37,825 nt of DNA from an uncultured Christensenellaceae bacterium (GCA_902475645.1 CABSAH010000001.1:1-37825), one strand, 5' to 3'. Numbered from the stretch's first letter, positions 17,321 through 27,503 are shown. Numbers and translations are program-made. The notes: generated by a model from the sequence alone, not told the origin.

Positions 17321-17719
17321 ATGTGCCCGAATATGTATTTGAACCTACAAGAGTATATCCGCTTTGGCGGCGATATATCTATACACGCGGAAGAATACAG
17401 CCGCCTTGAATACGCTGCCCGCAGAAGGATTGACTTGTACACCTTCGGGCGCGTAAAGCACATGCGGGAAGTGCCCGAGGCCGTGAAGCGGCTAATGTTC
17501 GAGCTGATACGTCCGCAAGCCCTGAGCGCGGGAACCGCGAACAGCTCCGCCCCCGTTGCGTCATTCAGCACGGACGGGTATAGCGAAACCTATGTAAACA
17601 CTCATACCGCCGAATTTCTGAGGTATAGCGGGCAAAAGGAAAGAGCCCTGATATATGAGTATCTGGCGGGCGTGACCGATGATAACGGCGTTGCGCTGCT
17701 ATATAGCGGAGGTGCGTGA
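17321..17719 (+). CDS. Head-tail connector (gp6-like) protein
   Basis: Internal ATG after AAGGAGG. Position directly after the capsid gene. About 130 aa. Confidence 0.55.
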   Translation: MCPNMYLNLQEYIRFGGDISIHAEEYSRLEYAARRRIDLYTFGRVKHMREVPEAVKRLMFELIRPQALSAGTANSSAPVASFSTDGYSETYVNTHTAEFLRYSGQKERALIYEYLAGVTDDNGVALLYSGGA

Positions 17720-17720
17720 T

Positions 17721-18071
17721 ATGCAACTGTGCAATGATACCGCAAGCCTTTTCAATAAACTGCCCGATGGTCAGCGCGGGTATACATGGCGAAAGACCCT
17801 GCTACGGGGTGTATCGTGGTACGCCAAGGACATATCCAGCGTGACGAATGACGGTTTGCAGACCGCGAGGCAATTCATAGTCCGCATACCCGATACAACG
17901 GGATACGGGGACAAATGGGCGCTGCATACGGGGGATTACATGGTAAAGGGGGACGTGGAATACACCCCTGCAATGGCTGAGGCATACGCGCCCGATGTAA
18001 TGACCGTGACCGCCGTTATTGATAATCGCCGCGCCCCTAATGCTCCGCATATAAAGGTGCTGGGCGCATGA
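17721..18071 (+). CDS. Head-closure / head-tail adaptor-like protein
   Basis: Call rests on gene order and a size of 116 aa. ATGA overlap with the next gene. Confidence 0.5.
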   Translation: MQLCNDTASLFNKLPDGQRGYTWRKTLLRGVSWYAKDISSVTNDGLQTARQFIVRIPDTTGYGDKWALHTGDYMVKGDVEYTPAMAEAYAPDVMTVTAVIDNRRAPNAPHIKVLGA

Positions 18072-18508
18072 TTATAAAAGCTGAATTTAAGTGGAACAAA
18101 AGCGTTGAACAGCTTTTGCGCGACCGCAACCTTGAAAGCGGCGGCAAGGTACAGGCGGCGATTGATAATGCCGTTTTACGGTACATAGACCCTTATGTGC
18201 CCATGGAAACGGGCGTTTTCAAGAACAAAGCGCGGCAGGATTCAAGCCCCGGCAAAATCGTGTATAATGACCCGCGGGCGCGATACTTGTACTACGGCGA
18301 GGTATACGGCCCCAATATCCCGCGATTTGAGGGCGGGGAGCTTGTGGGCTTTTTCTCACCCAAGGGACAGCCAAAGCACCCGACGGGGCGAGAGCTGCAC
18401 TATCGCGGAGAACCGATGCGCGGGGCGTTTTGGTTTGAGCGCATGAAGGCCGACCACGGCAAGGACATTTTGAAGGAGGCGCAGGATGCCGCTAATAAAC
18501 AATATTAG
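18068..18508 (+). CDS. Tail-completion (HK97 gp10-like / minor capsid-like) protein
   Basis: Gene order supports the call. Motif AIDNAVLRYIDPYVPMETG...ARYLYYG. Confidence 0.5.
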   Translation: MIIKAEFKWNKSVEQLLRDRNLESGGKVQAAIDNAVLRYIDPYVPMETGVFKNKARQDSSPGKIVYNDPRARYLYYGEVYGPNIPRFEGGELVGFFSPKGQPKHPTGRELHYRGEPMRGAFWFERMKADHGKDILKEAQDAANKQY

Positions 18509-18923
18509 TCAATTGCGGAGCTGGCTTTCCGGTTGCCCCGCCATACCCAAAAACGCGGCTATATCCATTGATTACATGGACGGCAGCGCGGCTGAGTACG
18601 CGATATATTCCGTGCCTTCAAGCATACGATATCACGAAAACGTGCTTGGCGAATATGTGCCCGATGATATACAGTCCGTGGACTATATATTGTGCTCAAG
18701 CGAGAATTACGGCGCGGACATAGAGCGGAACGCGGATAACCTTGGGATATATCAGAAAATTGTGAGCTGGATTATAGCGCAGAACGCGGCGCGTAAATTC
18801 CCCAAATGGGCGGACGGGGCTATACAAAGCCTTGTCCCGACACTCACGGCAAACCCGACACAGGCGGGCGCGAATGTAGCCCGCTACCAGATAAACATTA
18901 AAATCACATACAGGAGGCTATAA
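18486..18923 (+). CDS. Tail-terminator-like protein
   Basis: RBS AAGGAGG 6 nt upstream. Lies immediately before the major tail protein gene. Confidence 0.5.
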   Translation: MPLINNISQLRSWLSGCPAIPKNAAISIDYMDGSAAEYAIYSVPSSIRYHENVLGEYVPDDIQSVDYILCSSENYGADIERNADNLGIYQKIVSWIIAQNAARKFPKWADGAIQSLVPTLTANPTQAGANVARYQINIKITYRRL

Positions 18924-19451
18924 ATGGCAAAGAAACCCAGAAAAGCATTTTTGCAGGCCGTGGCTTACAGCAAGGACGCAACCGTTTCCGTTGAGAAGCT
19001 TTCGGCGGCGCAGTGGAGCGTGCTCGGCCACGATACGGACGATTTGTCCCACGAGATGAACCCTGACACAAGCACCAGCAAGAACGTACTCGGCGAATCG
19101 CGCTTTACGCATAACGGCTATGAGCCGGAAGTATCTGTTGATACCTTCTATGCCGATGCGGAGGAAGCGATTTACGAGACCTTGAAGAACAACGCTATGC
19201 TTGAAGATTTCAGCGAGGAAAACAACACGGGCTTTTACGCGAAGTGTGAGCTGGAAACCTTCACCGAAGGAACCACCACGGCAACCGGAACGGCATATGT
19301 ACAGCGCTGCTGGATTATCCCGCAGTCCATGGGCGGCGATACTTCCGGCTTCCAAATTCCCTTCAATGTCAACCCGTTCGGCGCGGTGCAGAAGTTTAAC
19401 GTGTCCTACAACTGGACTACCTACGCCGTGACCTTTACAGCGGCTTCCTAA
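18924..19451 (+). CDS. Major tail (tube) protein
   Basis: 175 aa. Position relative to the head-tail genes and the tape measure. Good RBS CAGGAGG. Confidence 0.6.
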   Translation: MAKKPRKAFLQAVAYSKDATVSVEKLSAAQWSVLGHDTDDLSHEMNPDTSTSKNVLGESRFTHNGYEPEVSVDTFYADAEEAIYETLKNNAMLEDFSEENNTGFYAKCELETFTEGTTTATGTAYVQRCWIIPQSMGGDTSGFQIPFNVNPFGAVQKFNVSYNWTTYAVTFTAAS

Positions 19452-19507
19452 GGCGTTGCAACGGGGCTGTACGGCGCTTATCCTCCCGCCGCAATATAAA
19501 TCCCCGC

Positions 19508-19537
19508 TTGACAACATACCCCCGCAGGGGCGATAAT
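19508..19537 (+). promoter_or_regulatory. Candidate sigma-70-type promoter (TTGACA-N18-GATAAT) in front of the zinc-ribbon gene insert
   Basis: TTGACA at 19508-19513 and GATAAT at 19532-19537, in the 116-nt gap after the major tail gene. Confidence 0.4.
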
Positions 19538-19567
19538 AAGGCATCAATTCTGTGGGGGTAAAGTTTA

Positions 19568-20101
19568 ATGAAATGCAAGAAGTGTGGCGCGGAGGTAAAC
19601 GGAAATTTTTGTCCTAACTGTGGTGCTAAGGCGAAGCGCAAACATACGGTTTTATATATCGTGCTTGGCTTTGTCGCGTTTATAGCCATTATGGCGATAA
19701 TCGGCAGTATAATAGATTCTGGCGATACAGCCACAACTGGTGATGCGCCCACGCCGAGCTTATACACAACCCAGCCACAAGACACCCAAACAACTGAACC
19801 TACTGTAAAACCAACGCTTACGGTTGTACCGACATTAACACCCGAACCCACGCCGGAACCCACGCCCGGCAAGCTTACAATGGACAAGTTTAAGGCATTG
19901 GAAACCGGAATGACGTATGAACAAGTGGTCTCCGTGCTTGGGATGGAGGGCGAACTTGGCAGTGTTGTGGACATTGGAGACCCGCAATTCAGAACCGAAA
20001 CATACACATTCCAAAACAGCTTTTTGGACGGTGGCGGGAATATTATAGTACAGATTCAGGGCGGCGGCCTTGTGACAAAGGCGCAGTACGGGCTTGACTG
20101 A
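19568..20101 (+). CDS. Zinc-ribbon / single-TM protein with Pro/Thr linker and a DUF3862-like extracytoplasmic domain
   Basis: MKCKKCGAEVNGNFCPNCGAKA, then the TM helix VLYIVLGFVAFIAIMAIIGSI, a TPEPTPEPTP linker, and a C-terminal ...MTYEQVVSVLG...TYTF...GLV domain. Confidence 0.7.
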   Translation: MKCKKCGAEVNGNFCPNCGAKAKRKHTVLYIVLGFVAFIAIMAIIGSIIDSGDTATTGDAPTPSLYTTQPQDTQTTEPTVKPTLTVVPTLTPEPTPEPTPGKLTMDKFKALETGMTYEQVVSVLGMEGELGSVVDIGDPQFRTETYTFQNSFLDGGGNIIVQIQGGGLVTKAQYGLD

Positions 20102-20122
20102 TATTTGATTGGGAGGATACAA

Positions 20123-20743
20123 ATGAAGTGCAAAAAGTGCGGCGCCGAGGTAAACGGCGAGTTTTGTGGGAATTGCGGGACAAAGGTAAGCAAGCCTAAG
20201 TGGAAGGTTCCCGTTATAGTGATTGCAGCAGTGGGCGCAATCATACTGGTGAGAGCGTGCTTGCAGAATATTGTTATAGCCGACCTAAATAAGCCGGAAG
20301 TTTCAACGGCTCCGCCCACCACGCCAATTCCGTTGATTACGCCCGAGCCTACGGAAAGCCCTGATACAAACGTGTTTGAAATAAGCGCGTTTAAGGTGGT
20401 GTATGTTTCCCACGAGGTGCTTACGAACCGCGATAACGAGCCGATGCTCCTTATCAAGTTTGAGTATACAAACAAGTCAAAAGAACCGACCGCGTTCGGA
20501 TGGGCAGCAAGCGTTAAAGCATACCAAGACGGCGTTGAGATTGAGAGCAGCCCCATATCATGGTTAAAGACCAAGCAGCCGGAGGAATGTCAAAACCGAT
20601 GGTTGGAAGTGCAACAGGGCACAACAATAACAGCCGCTGAGACATTTAAGCTGAGGAACATGGAATCCCCTGTGGATATAACGGTAATGGAATGGCCAGG
20701 CATAGGGAGCGAAAAAACGGAACTGACGTTAGATATTAAGTGA
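20123..20743 (+). CDS. Zinc-ribbon / single-TM protein with a DUF4352/DUF5067-like extracytoplasmic domain
   Basis: MKCKKCGAEVNGEFCGNCGTKV is paralogous to the previous N-terminus. TM helix VPVIVIAAVGAIILV. FKVVYVSHEVLTNRDNEPMLLIKFEYTNKSKEPTAF resembles the DUF5067 core. Confidence 0.7.
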   Translation: MKCKKCGAEVNGEFCGNCGTKVSKPKWKVPVIVIAAVGAIILVRACLQNIVIADLNKPEVSTAPPTTPIPLITPEPTESPDTNVFEISAFKVVYVSHEVLTNRDNEPMLLIKFEYTNKSKEPTAFGWAASVKAYQDGVEIESSPISWLKTKQPEECQNRWLEVQQGTTITAAETFKLRNMESPVDITVMEWPGIGSEKTELTLDIK

Positions 20744-20758
20744 TTGGGGGATTAAGCC

Positions 20759-21373
20759 GTGAGAATAGTTGAATTGAAGTGCCCAAATTGCAATGGCGAC
20801 ATTACAATAAACACGGATAGAAACTTTGCTTTCTGCCCATACTGCGGAACACGGCTAAAGGTTGAGGAGGCGCAGCAAATCCCCGATACAATTAAGGTTA
20901 ACCGTGAATGGGAAGCTAATAACTACGTTCTTCGGGCACAGGAATATGAGCGTGTTGGGGATATAGATAACGCGGAAATTTACTATAACCGTGCGCTTGA
21001 CGCTGACGTTAATAATGCGAGGGCGCGCGACGGCTATAATCGTATGCAACGAATTATAACCGAGCACAACGTATCAATACAGTATATCCAATCGAGTTCC
21101 GATCCGCTTGTAAGGCTGATTGTCAAAGAGGCGGGGCAGACCTTGTGCAAGATAAGACGCGGCGAAGGGATTAATCTTTTGCTGCCTATCGGCGAACACC
21201 CGCTTTTGTTTTATCAGGGTGGCAGCTCTAAAGCATATGTACGGGTAACAATTAGGAGCCGCCACGACAGAGCCAAGATATACACACAGACGGGTATGTT
21301 ATGGAATAAGACTTCTGCGGAAGGTACGGCCGAAGTAATGGCTAAAAAAGCAATGTATAAGATAAGAAATTAA
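20759..21373 (+). CDS. Zinc-ribbon protein with a TPR-like segment (204 aa)
   Basis: GTG start. CPNCNGDITINTDRNFAFCPYCGTRL, then AQEYERVGDIDNAEIYYNRALDAD. Confidence 0.6.
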   Translation: MRIVELKCPNCNGDITINTDRNFAFCPYCGTRLKVEEAQQIPDTIKVNREWEANNYVLRAQEYERVGDIDNAEIYYNRALDADVNNARARDGYNRMQRIITEHNVSIQYIQSSSDPLVRLIVKEAGQTLCKIRRGEGINLLLPIGEHPLLFYQGGSSKAYVRVTIRSRHDRAKIYTQTGMLWNKTSAEGTAEVMAKKAMYKIRN

Positions 21374-21382
21374 GGAGATAAC

Positions 21383-21811
21383 ATGGCAACACTATCTTTT
21401 GAAACTGGCATAAAAACATTTGACATAAACGGCGACCCGAACAGGGTCGTTTCTTTTAACCCTTCTGACTTGAACTTCATACACAGGCTGTATGATGGCT
21501 ACTTAAAGCTTGACGCTTTGCAGCGCAAGTATAGCCTGCAAGCCGATAAAGCACCGGAAGCAACAAAAATGATGGCCATAGCACATGAGGCAGACCTTGA
21601 AATACGCAAGATTATAGACGGCATTTTTGCCGCGCCCGTGTCTGAAATAGTCTTTGAAGGGCAAGCCACAAACGCTATCACGGGCGACGGATGCCCGCTA
21701 TGGCTCGGGTTCTTGGTTGCAATAATGGCAAATTGCGACGAAACCGTAACAGAGCGCGAGAACGCGAAAAACCCCAAACTGGAAGCCCTCATTGCCAAAT
21801 ACAATAAATGA
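21383..21811 (+). CDS. Tail assembly chaperone
   Basis: 142 aa and acidic. It is the first of the two genes preceding the tape measure. Confidence 0.6.
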   Translation: MATLSFETGIKTFDINGDPNRVVSFNPSDLNFIHRLYDGYLKLDALQRKYSLQADKAPEATKMMAIAHEADLEIRKIIDGIFAAPVSEIVFEGQATNAITGDGCPLWLGFLVAIMANCDETVTERENAKNPKLEALIAKYNK

Positions 21812-22371
21812 ACTATACACTCCCAACGAGCGTAAATATTGACGGGGTTGAACACCCTATACGTTCAGATTATCGCGTTATATTGGACATTATATCAGCC
21901 TTGAACGACGATGATTTTACCGAAAGAGAAAAAGCCGTAGCTATGATGCGGCTTTTTTTCGTTGATGCTTACGCGGTAACGGATTGGGCGAAAGGACTTG
22001 AAGCGGCTGCAAAATTTATAGCGTGCGGGAGGGATGAGGGCAGCACAAAGCGCCCGCGTGTTATAGATTGGGACAAGGACTTCCCCTATATGGTATCGGC
22101 TATAAACAAGGTTGCGGGGCGGGAAATACGCGCCGACGAATATTGCCATTGGTGGACGTTTATAGGGTACTTTGACGCGATAGACGGGGAAAGCACGTTT
22201 GCAAATATTGTCAACATACGCCATAAAAAGGCTAAAGGGAAAAAACTTGAAAAATGGGAGCAGGAATTTTACAACGCGAACCGCGACTTGTGCGACATAA
22301 AGAACAAGCAACACGGGACGAGCAAGGAGAGCCTTGCGGCGTTGTGTGAATCATTGGCGGCAGAGGAGTAA
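21808..22371 (+). CDS. Phage Gp15-family protein (second tail chaperone position)
   Basis: ATGA overlap with the upstream gene. LPTSVNIDGVEHPIRSDYRVILDIISAL resembles the Gp15 family N-terminus as I recall it. Confidence 0.6.
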   Translation: MNYTLPTSVNIDGVEHPIRSDYRVILDIISALNDDDFTEREKAVAMMRLFFVDAYAVTDWAKGLEAAAKFIACGRDEGSTKRPRVIDWDKDFPYMVSAINKVAGREIRADEYCHWWTFIGYFDAIDGESTFANIVNIRHKKAKGKKLEKWEQEFYNANRDLCDIKNKQHGTSKESLAALCESLAAEE

Positions 22372-22378
22372 ATAAAAA

Positions 22379-24625
22379 ATGGTAGATGGCAGCATTATTT
22401 TTGATACCGCGTTGGATACAGGCGGCTTTGAAAAAGGGGTGCAGCAACTTGGGAAAACAAACAAAGCCGCCGCAAATAGCGTGAATGAAACATCACGAGC
22501 TATAGAGGCACAAGTAAAAAAGGTCGAGCGGCTTCGGCAGAAGCTGCTGCTTGCGCAAGATGTTTATAAAGAGGCGGAATATAGAGGATTTAACACCGAG
22601 AATGCCGCCATTGGCGTATATAACGCAAAACGCGAGGTAGCAAGCGCAACGGCTGAACTAAGAGCAATGCAAAAGGCGGCAGACGGCGCGGCAAGCGCAA
22701 CTGGCGCTATTGCTCCGAACGCGGAGGAGGCCGCAAAATCAACCAAAAAGATAGGGAAAGCAGCAAAGGAGTCCCAAAAGCATGTTGGCGGGCTTGAACG
22801 GAGGATTGTCGGCCTTGCCCGTCGCGTTTTGGTTTTTAGCGTTATTACACGGGCGCTGCGTTCGTTCCGTGAATACTTGGGGAAAGCCCTGAAAACGTCA
22901 AAAGAGTTTACGGCGGCATGGAACAGTCTACGCGGAGCACTGCTCACGGCATTTCAACCGATATGGGAAACCATATTGCCGTGGTTGACCAAATTTATAA
23001 ATGTTCTTGCCAAGGTTATAACGTGGGTTGCAGCGTTTTTTTCGTGGCTCACGGGCAAAAGCCTTGCTGCAAGCTCAAAAAACGCAAAAAGCCTATATAA
23101 AGAGGCTAACGCGATTGAGGCCGTAGGCAAAGCGGCTGACAAGTCGAAATTGTCCCTTGCGGCGTTTGACGAGATAAATAACCTATCATCCAACAAGGAT
23201 ACTGGCAGCGGGGGCGGGAGCAGCGGTGTTACAACGCCCACGTTCGAGGTTGATACAAGCTATCTCGAAAAAGTTGAGGGCATAATGAAGAAAATCGGCG
23301 GATGGGTGCTTGCCATAGCCGCAGGGCTTGGTGCGTGGAAGATAGCAAGCGCATTTGGCGCTGACCTAAAGAAGTGCATAGGATGGTTTATGACAATATC
23401 CGGCCTTGTGCTTGGCATTACCGGCTTTTTAGACGCATGGAATGAAGGACTTAATTGGGATAATTTAATCCAGATACTCACGGGGGCGGCCTTGTTTGCT
23501 GGCGGCCTTGCTGTGCTGTTTGGCAAGGTTGGCGGTGCTATCGGGCTTATAATTGACGGCATTGCACTTATTGTAATAGGCATTAAGGAATGGGTTGAAC
23601 AGGGCGAGCTAACAGACCAAGCATTTGTAGCAATAGAGGCGGGAATAATCGCAATAGGCGCGGCACTTGCATTGCTGATTAGCCCGTGGGCGTTGGTTGT
23701 CGCTGCGATCGCCGGTGTTGCGCTTGCCGTATACAAATACTGGGACGAAATATCCGCATTTTTCCAGGGCGTTTGGGAGAAAATAAGCGCCTTTTTTGTC
23801 GGCATATGGGAGAAAGTCAAAGAGATTTTTGCGCCCGTGGTGCAATGGTTTGACGATAATATAATAACTCCCCTTGTCGAATTTTTCAGAGGTTGGGCAG
23901 AGAGGACGGCAGCGGTATTTGAAGGCTGCTGGATTATTATTCAAGCCGTCTGGAAAATCGTTTCGGAGTGGTTTGACCAAAACGTTATCCAGCCCGTTGT
24001 GGCTTTTTTCAAGAAGCTTGGTGAGGACATTTCCCGCATATTCAAGGAGGCGTGGGAGGTAATAAAGCCGATATGGAACGCCGTGGCGGGGTGGTTTAAC
24101 CAGCACGTTATCCAGCCCATAGTTAAGTTTTTTACCGCCGCATGGGACAAAATCAAAAATGCGTTTGTTACTGCTTTTGAAGCTATTTCGGCATTTGCAA
24201 AGAGCATTTTTAATGGCGTTATATCCATGGTGGAGGGTATTGTGAACCGCGTTATTAAAGCTATAAACGGCATAATTGGCGGGTTTAATAAGGTCGTAAC
24301 GTGGGCGGCCGGGGTTATTGGTAAGGATTGGGGCGGAGTTGCTCTCCTGCCGGAAGTGCATCTGCCGAGACTGGCGGAAGGCACGGTTGTACCCGCGAAC
24401 CGCGAGTTTTTAGCCATGCTGGGCGATAACAAACGCGAAACTGAAATTGTATCGCCGTTATCGACCATGAAGCAAGCGCTGAAAGAGGCATTGAAGGAAA
24501 GCGGCATGGGCGGCAACATGAACGTTCAAGTTTTCCTTGACGGTCAAAAAGTATATGACAGCGTGGTTGACTACTCAAAGCGCGACATACGCCGCACGGG
24601 GCGATATCCGATTTTAGGAGAGTGA
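22379..24625 (+). CDS. Tail tape measure protein
   Basis: 748 aa. Coiled-coil N-terminus, Gly/Ala-rich TM-like centre, and repeated W-x-x-I motifs (FFQGVWEKISAFFVGIWEKVKEIF...). Canonical position. Confidence 0.9.
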   Translation: MVDGSIIFDTALDTGGFEKGVQQLGKTNKAAANSVNETSRAIEAQVKKVERLRQKLLLAQDVYKEAEYRGFNTENAAIGVYNAKREVASATAELRAMQKAADGAASATGAIAPNAEEAAKSTKKIGKAAKESQKHVGGLERRIVGLARRVLVFSVITRALRSFREYLGKALKTSKEFTAAWNSLRGALLTAFQPIWETILPWLTKFINVLAKVITWVAAFFSWLTGKSLAASSKNAKSLYKEANAIEAVGKAADKSKLSLAAFDEINNLSSNKDTGSGGGSSGVTTPTFEVDTSYLEKVEGIMKKIGGWVLAIAAGLGAWKIASAFGADLKKCIGWFMTISGLVLGITGFLDAWNEGLNWDNLIQILTGAALFAGGLAVLFGKVGGAIGLIIDGIALIVIGIKEWVEQGELTDQAFVAIEAGIIAIGAALALLISPWALVVAAIAGVALAVYKYWDEISAFFQGVWEKISAFFVGIWEKVKEIFAPVVQWFDDNIITPLVEFFRGWAERTAAVFEGCWIIIQAVWKIVSEWFDQNVIQPVVAFFKKLGEDISRIFKEAWEVIKPIWNAVAGWFNQHVIQPIVKFFTAAWDKIKNAFVTAFEAISAFAKSIFNGVISMVEGIVNRVIKAINGIIGGFNKVVTWAAGVIGKDWGGVALLPEVHLPRLAEGTVVPANREFLAMLGDNKRETEIVSPLSTMKQALKEALKESGMGGNMNVQVFLDGQKVYDSVVDYSKRDIRRTGRYPILGE

Positions 24626-24629
24626 AGCA

Positions 24630-25037
24630 ATGGCATTTGAAGGATACTTGATGAAAGCGTTTGGGAAAACGTTCCCGCATAAGTATATACAGCTATCGAC
24701 ATATCAGACCACGCCGAGCCAACGGCAAGACCTTGACAGTTATCAGGACAGCAAAGGCAATTTGCACCGAACCGTTGTGCCGCATGACCGCTCAAAGATA
24801 GTCTTTAAGACGATGGATAACTTAAAGCTTGCCGAAAAGCAGGAAATACAGGCTTTCTTTAACGGGGCAATGACCAACGCGCGGGAACGCAAGATAAGCC
24901 TGACATACTGGAATGACGAGAGCAACACATACGCCATGGGCAGCTTTTACATTCCCGATGTTACCTATCCCATAAAGCGGATTATGGGGAACGATATCGT
25001 ATATGATTCGGTTGAGTATCACCTAATCGAATACTAA
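24630..25037 (+). CDS. Small distal-tail-position protein (135 aa)
   Basis: Immediately follows the tape measure and has a good RBS. Function inferred from position only. Confidence 0.55.
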   Translation: MAFEGYLMKAFGKTFPHKYIQLSTYQTTPSQRQDLDSYQDSKGNLHRTVVPHDRSKIVFKTMDNLKLAEKQEIQAFFNGAMTNARERKISLTYWNDESNTYAMGSFYIPDVTYPIKRIMGNDIVYDSVEYHLIEY

Positions 25038-25046
25038 GGAGGGCGC

Positions 25047-27503
25047 ATGAAAAGCTGGACGGATGAACAAAAAGCGAAATGGTGGAACAGCGACTCACGC
25101 CAAATTAAGGTAGAAATTGAACTTGGGCATTATACATGGGTGCCGCCCCCACCCGAACCTGACGAACCGGACGTAGACGAACCCGAACCGGGGGAAGTTA
25201 AAATAGCTTACAAAATAGAGCCTGGCGAGATTGTAGGGAACTCCACCAAGATAGACGAGGCCATATCCGATGCGGAAACCATCAAATATGGCACGGTACA
25301 GCCCGCAGCACTTGAAATACAGATTGTCGAAGATAGTAAAGAAGTAAGTCGGGTAGAGCAGTATAGCCAGCATCTGGACGGATACGTTAAAGGGCGCATC
25401 TGGGATTATGCGATAGGCCACAAGATAACGGTACATCTATGGGATACAAGTAATGTGTTTGTAGAGAACTCGATTTATGTCGCTGAATTTTACATTGCCG
25501 GGGTCAAGGGCGAGGGCACGACAAAATTTAAGACTATTACGGCATATGACGCGCTGAGCCTTTTTGACAAAGACGTTTCCGACTGGTACAACAGCCTTGA
25601 CTTCAACGGGCTTACCCTTAAAGTGTTCCGCGAGAGCCTATGTACATATTGCGGCGTGGAATTTGAGAGCGTAACGCTGCCCAATGACAGCATGACCATA
25701 AGCCGTACAATGTCCGCAACGTCCATATCGGGGCGCGATATCCTTTCCGCGTGCTGCGAGCTCAACGGCTGCTGGCCTAAGATGGAGCTATGGGCAGACG
25801 TACCGCCGGATTGGGATATCTCATTCATGGGAACAATAAGCAAGCTCCGCTGGGTGACGCTTGGCAGCACCTCATGCGAAACGTTTGATTACAGCCAATA
25901 CGATTACACCTTCCGTCCCGAAAGCACCCGCGAGGAATACGACTGCAAGGGCATTAACGCCGTTATCATACGGGCAACCGATGATGATGTAGGAGGGCAC
26001 TACCCCGCAACCGTGCAGGATAACCCGTATATCATACAGGGCAATTTCCTATGCTTTGGCAAGACCACTGCGGAGCTTACCACCATAGCGCAAAACATAT
26101 ATAACCAAATAGCGAATAAGCCGTACAGGCCGCACAAAACGGTTATAACGGGGCGGCCATACCTTGAACCGGGCGACAAGGTAACGGTGAAATTCGCCGA
26201 GGGCAACGGCGGCACTTTCGACACCTATATACTCAAGCGCACAATGACGGGCGAAGCCGCCCTGCTGGATACCTATGAAGCCAAGGGGCAAAAGGAGCAT
26301 AGGGAGCAGTACGGCATATCCCAACAGATACAGCAGATACAGGGCAGGACAAACGAGCTTACCCGAACGGTGGACGAAACCGTAAACACCATTACGCGCA
26401 TCGAGTACCTTACCCCCGTTTTGTCGAAAACCGACCCGTCAACGGACTGGACGGACGATGAAAAGGCGGCAAAGGCGGGCTATCAATGGTTTGACGGTAC
26501 GGACTTGCGCATATGGGACGGCGCTTCATGGAAGCTTACCATATACCCCGACTATAACCAAAGCACACAGCCCACAAACGCCAAGGAGGGGGAATACTGG
26601 TATAATCCCACAACGGGCGAGATAAAGAAGCTTGTCGGGGATACTTGGACGGCTGATAGCACGGTATGTATACCCACAACGTGGACGCAGACCATGCAGA
26701 CACAGCTTAAAATCACCGCCGAGGGCGTACAAAGCACCGTCACAAAGGACAACATTATATCCACCATCAATCAGAGCGCGGAGAGCGTGAGCATAAACGC
26801 AAGCAAGATTGATTTGACGGGCTATGTCACCATAAACTCCCTGAAAGCTGGGGGCACAACGCAGATTGACGGCGGGCGCATAACCACGGGAACGGTAGCG
26901 GCGGCGCGGATTGACGTTGATAATCTCTATGTTAAGCACCTGAGCGCGGCAGATGGGACGTTTACCGGAAAGCTGCAAGCCGCAAGCGGCACTTTTGATA
27001 CGCTTGACGCGGTAGGCGGCTATGTTCACTTCGGCTATAACTTTTTGCGCATAAACGGCGTTGAGATAGGCTATTATCCCGGGTATTCCCAAGTGTGTGT
27101 TGTCCCGCCATATCATGAAGTGGGGAACCTTGGCGCGGGAACGCTTGCATGGAATCAATGCGTTGCGACACTTTTGTACAGTAAAAGCGGCGGCGTGAAG
27201 GCCTATTCAATGCGTAAGCTGAAAAAGGATATAGAGGACTACCCATACGACCCAACGCTTGTAGACAGGCTGCAACCCGTAACTTTCAGAATGAAAGACG
27301 ATGCGGACAATATAAAACACGTCGGCCTAATCGCCGATGATGTGCAGGAGGTTGAACCGCTTATCGTCTCTCCATTTCAGGACGAGGGTATGCCCGAAGC
27401 AATATTAACGATAGAATACGACAAGGTCGGCGTGCTTTTAATCAATGAAATAAAAGCGCTGCGACAGCGCGTGAAAAAACTTGAAGAAAGGAGACTTATA
27501 TGA
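25047..27503 (+). CDS. Tail tip / fibre protein with a C-terminal intramolecular-chaperone (peptidase S74-like) domain
   Basis: 818 aa. The C-terminus KKDIEDYPYDPTLVDRLQPVTFRMKDDADNIKHVGLIADDVQEVEPLIV...TIEYDKVGVLLINEIKALRQRVKKLEE matches the auto-cleaving chaperone domain of tail spikes and fibres. Confidence 0.8.
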   Translation: MKSWTDEQKAKWWNSDSRQIKVEIELGHYTWVPPPPEPDEPDVDEPEPGEVKIAYKIEPGEIVGNSTKIDEAISDAETIKYGTVQPAALEIQIVEDSKEVSRVEQYSQHLDGYVKGRIWDYAIGHKITVHLWDTSNVFVENSIYVAEFYIAGVKGEGTTKFKTITAYDALSLFDKDVSDWYNSLDFNGLTLKVFRESLCTYCGVEFESVTLPNDSMTISRTMSATSISGRDILSACCELNGCWPKMELWADVPPDWDISFMGTISKLRWVTLGSTSCETFDYSQYDYTFRPESTREEYDCKGINAVIIRATDDDVGGHYPATVQDNPYIIQGNFLCFGKTTAELTTIAQNIYNQIANKPYRPHKTVITGRPYLEPGDKVTVKFAEGNGGTFDTYILKRTMTGEAALLDTYEAKGQKEHREQYGISQQIQQIQGRTNELTRTVDETVNTITRIEYLTPVLSKTDPSTDWTDDEKAAKAGYQWFDGTDLRIWDGASWKLTIYPDYNQSTQPTNAKEGEYWYNPTTGEIKKLVGDTWTADSTVCIPTTWTQTMQTQLKITAEGVQSTVTKDNIISTINQSAESVSINASKIDLTGYVTINSLKAGGTTQIDGGRITTGTVAAARIDVDNLYVKHLSAADGTFTGKLQAASGTFDTLDAVGGYVHFGYNFLRINGVEIGYYPGYSQVCVVPPYHEVGNLGAGTLAWNQCVATLLYSKSGGVKAYSMRKLKKDIEDYPYDPTLVDRLQPVTFRMKDDADNIKHVGLIADDVQEVEPLIVSPFQDEGMPEAILTIEYDKVGVLLINEIKALRQRVKKLEERRLI

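Noticed and set aside
21383-22371. Possible programmed -1 frameshift between the two tail chaperone genes (the G/GT paradigm)
   Set aside because: The second ORF has its own ATG in an ATGA overlap, and its N-terminus looks like an independent Gp15-family start. I saw no slippery heptamer near the end of the first ORF.
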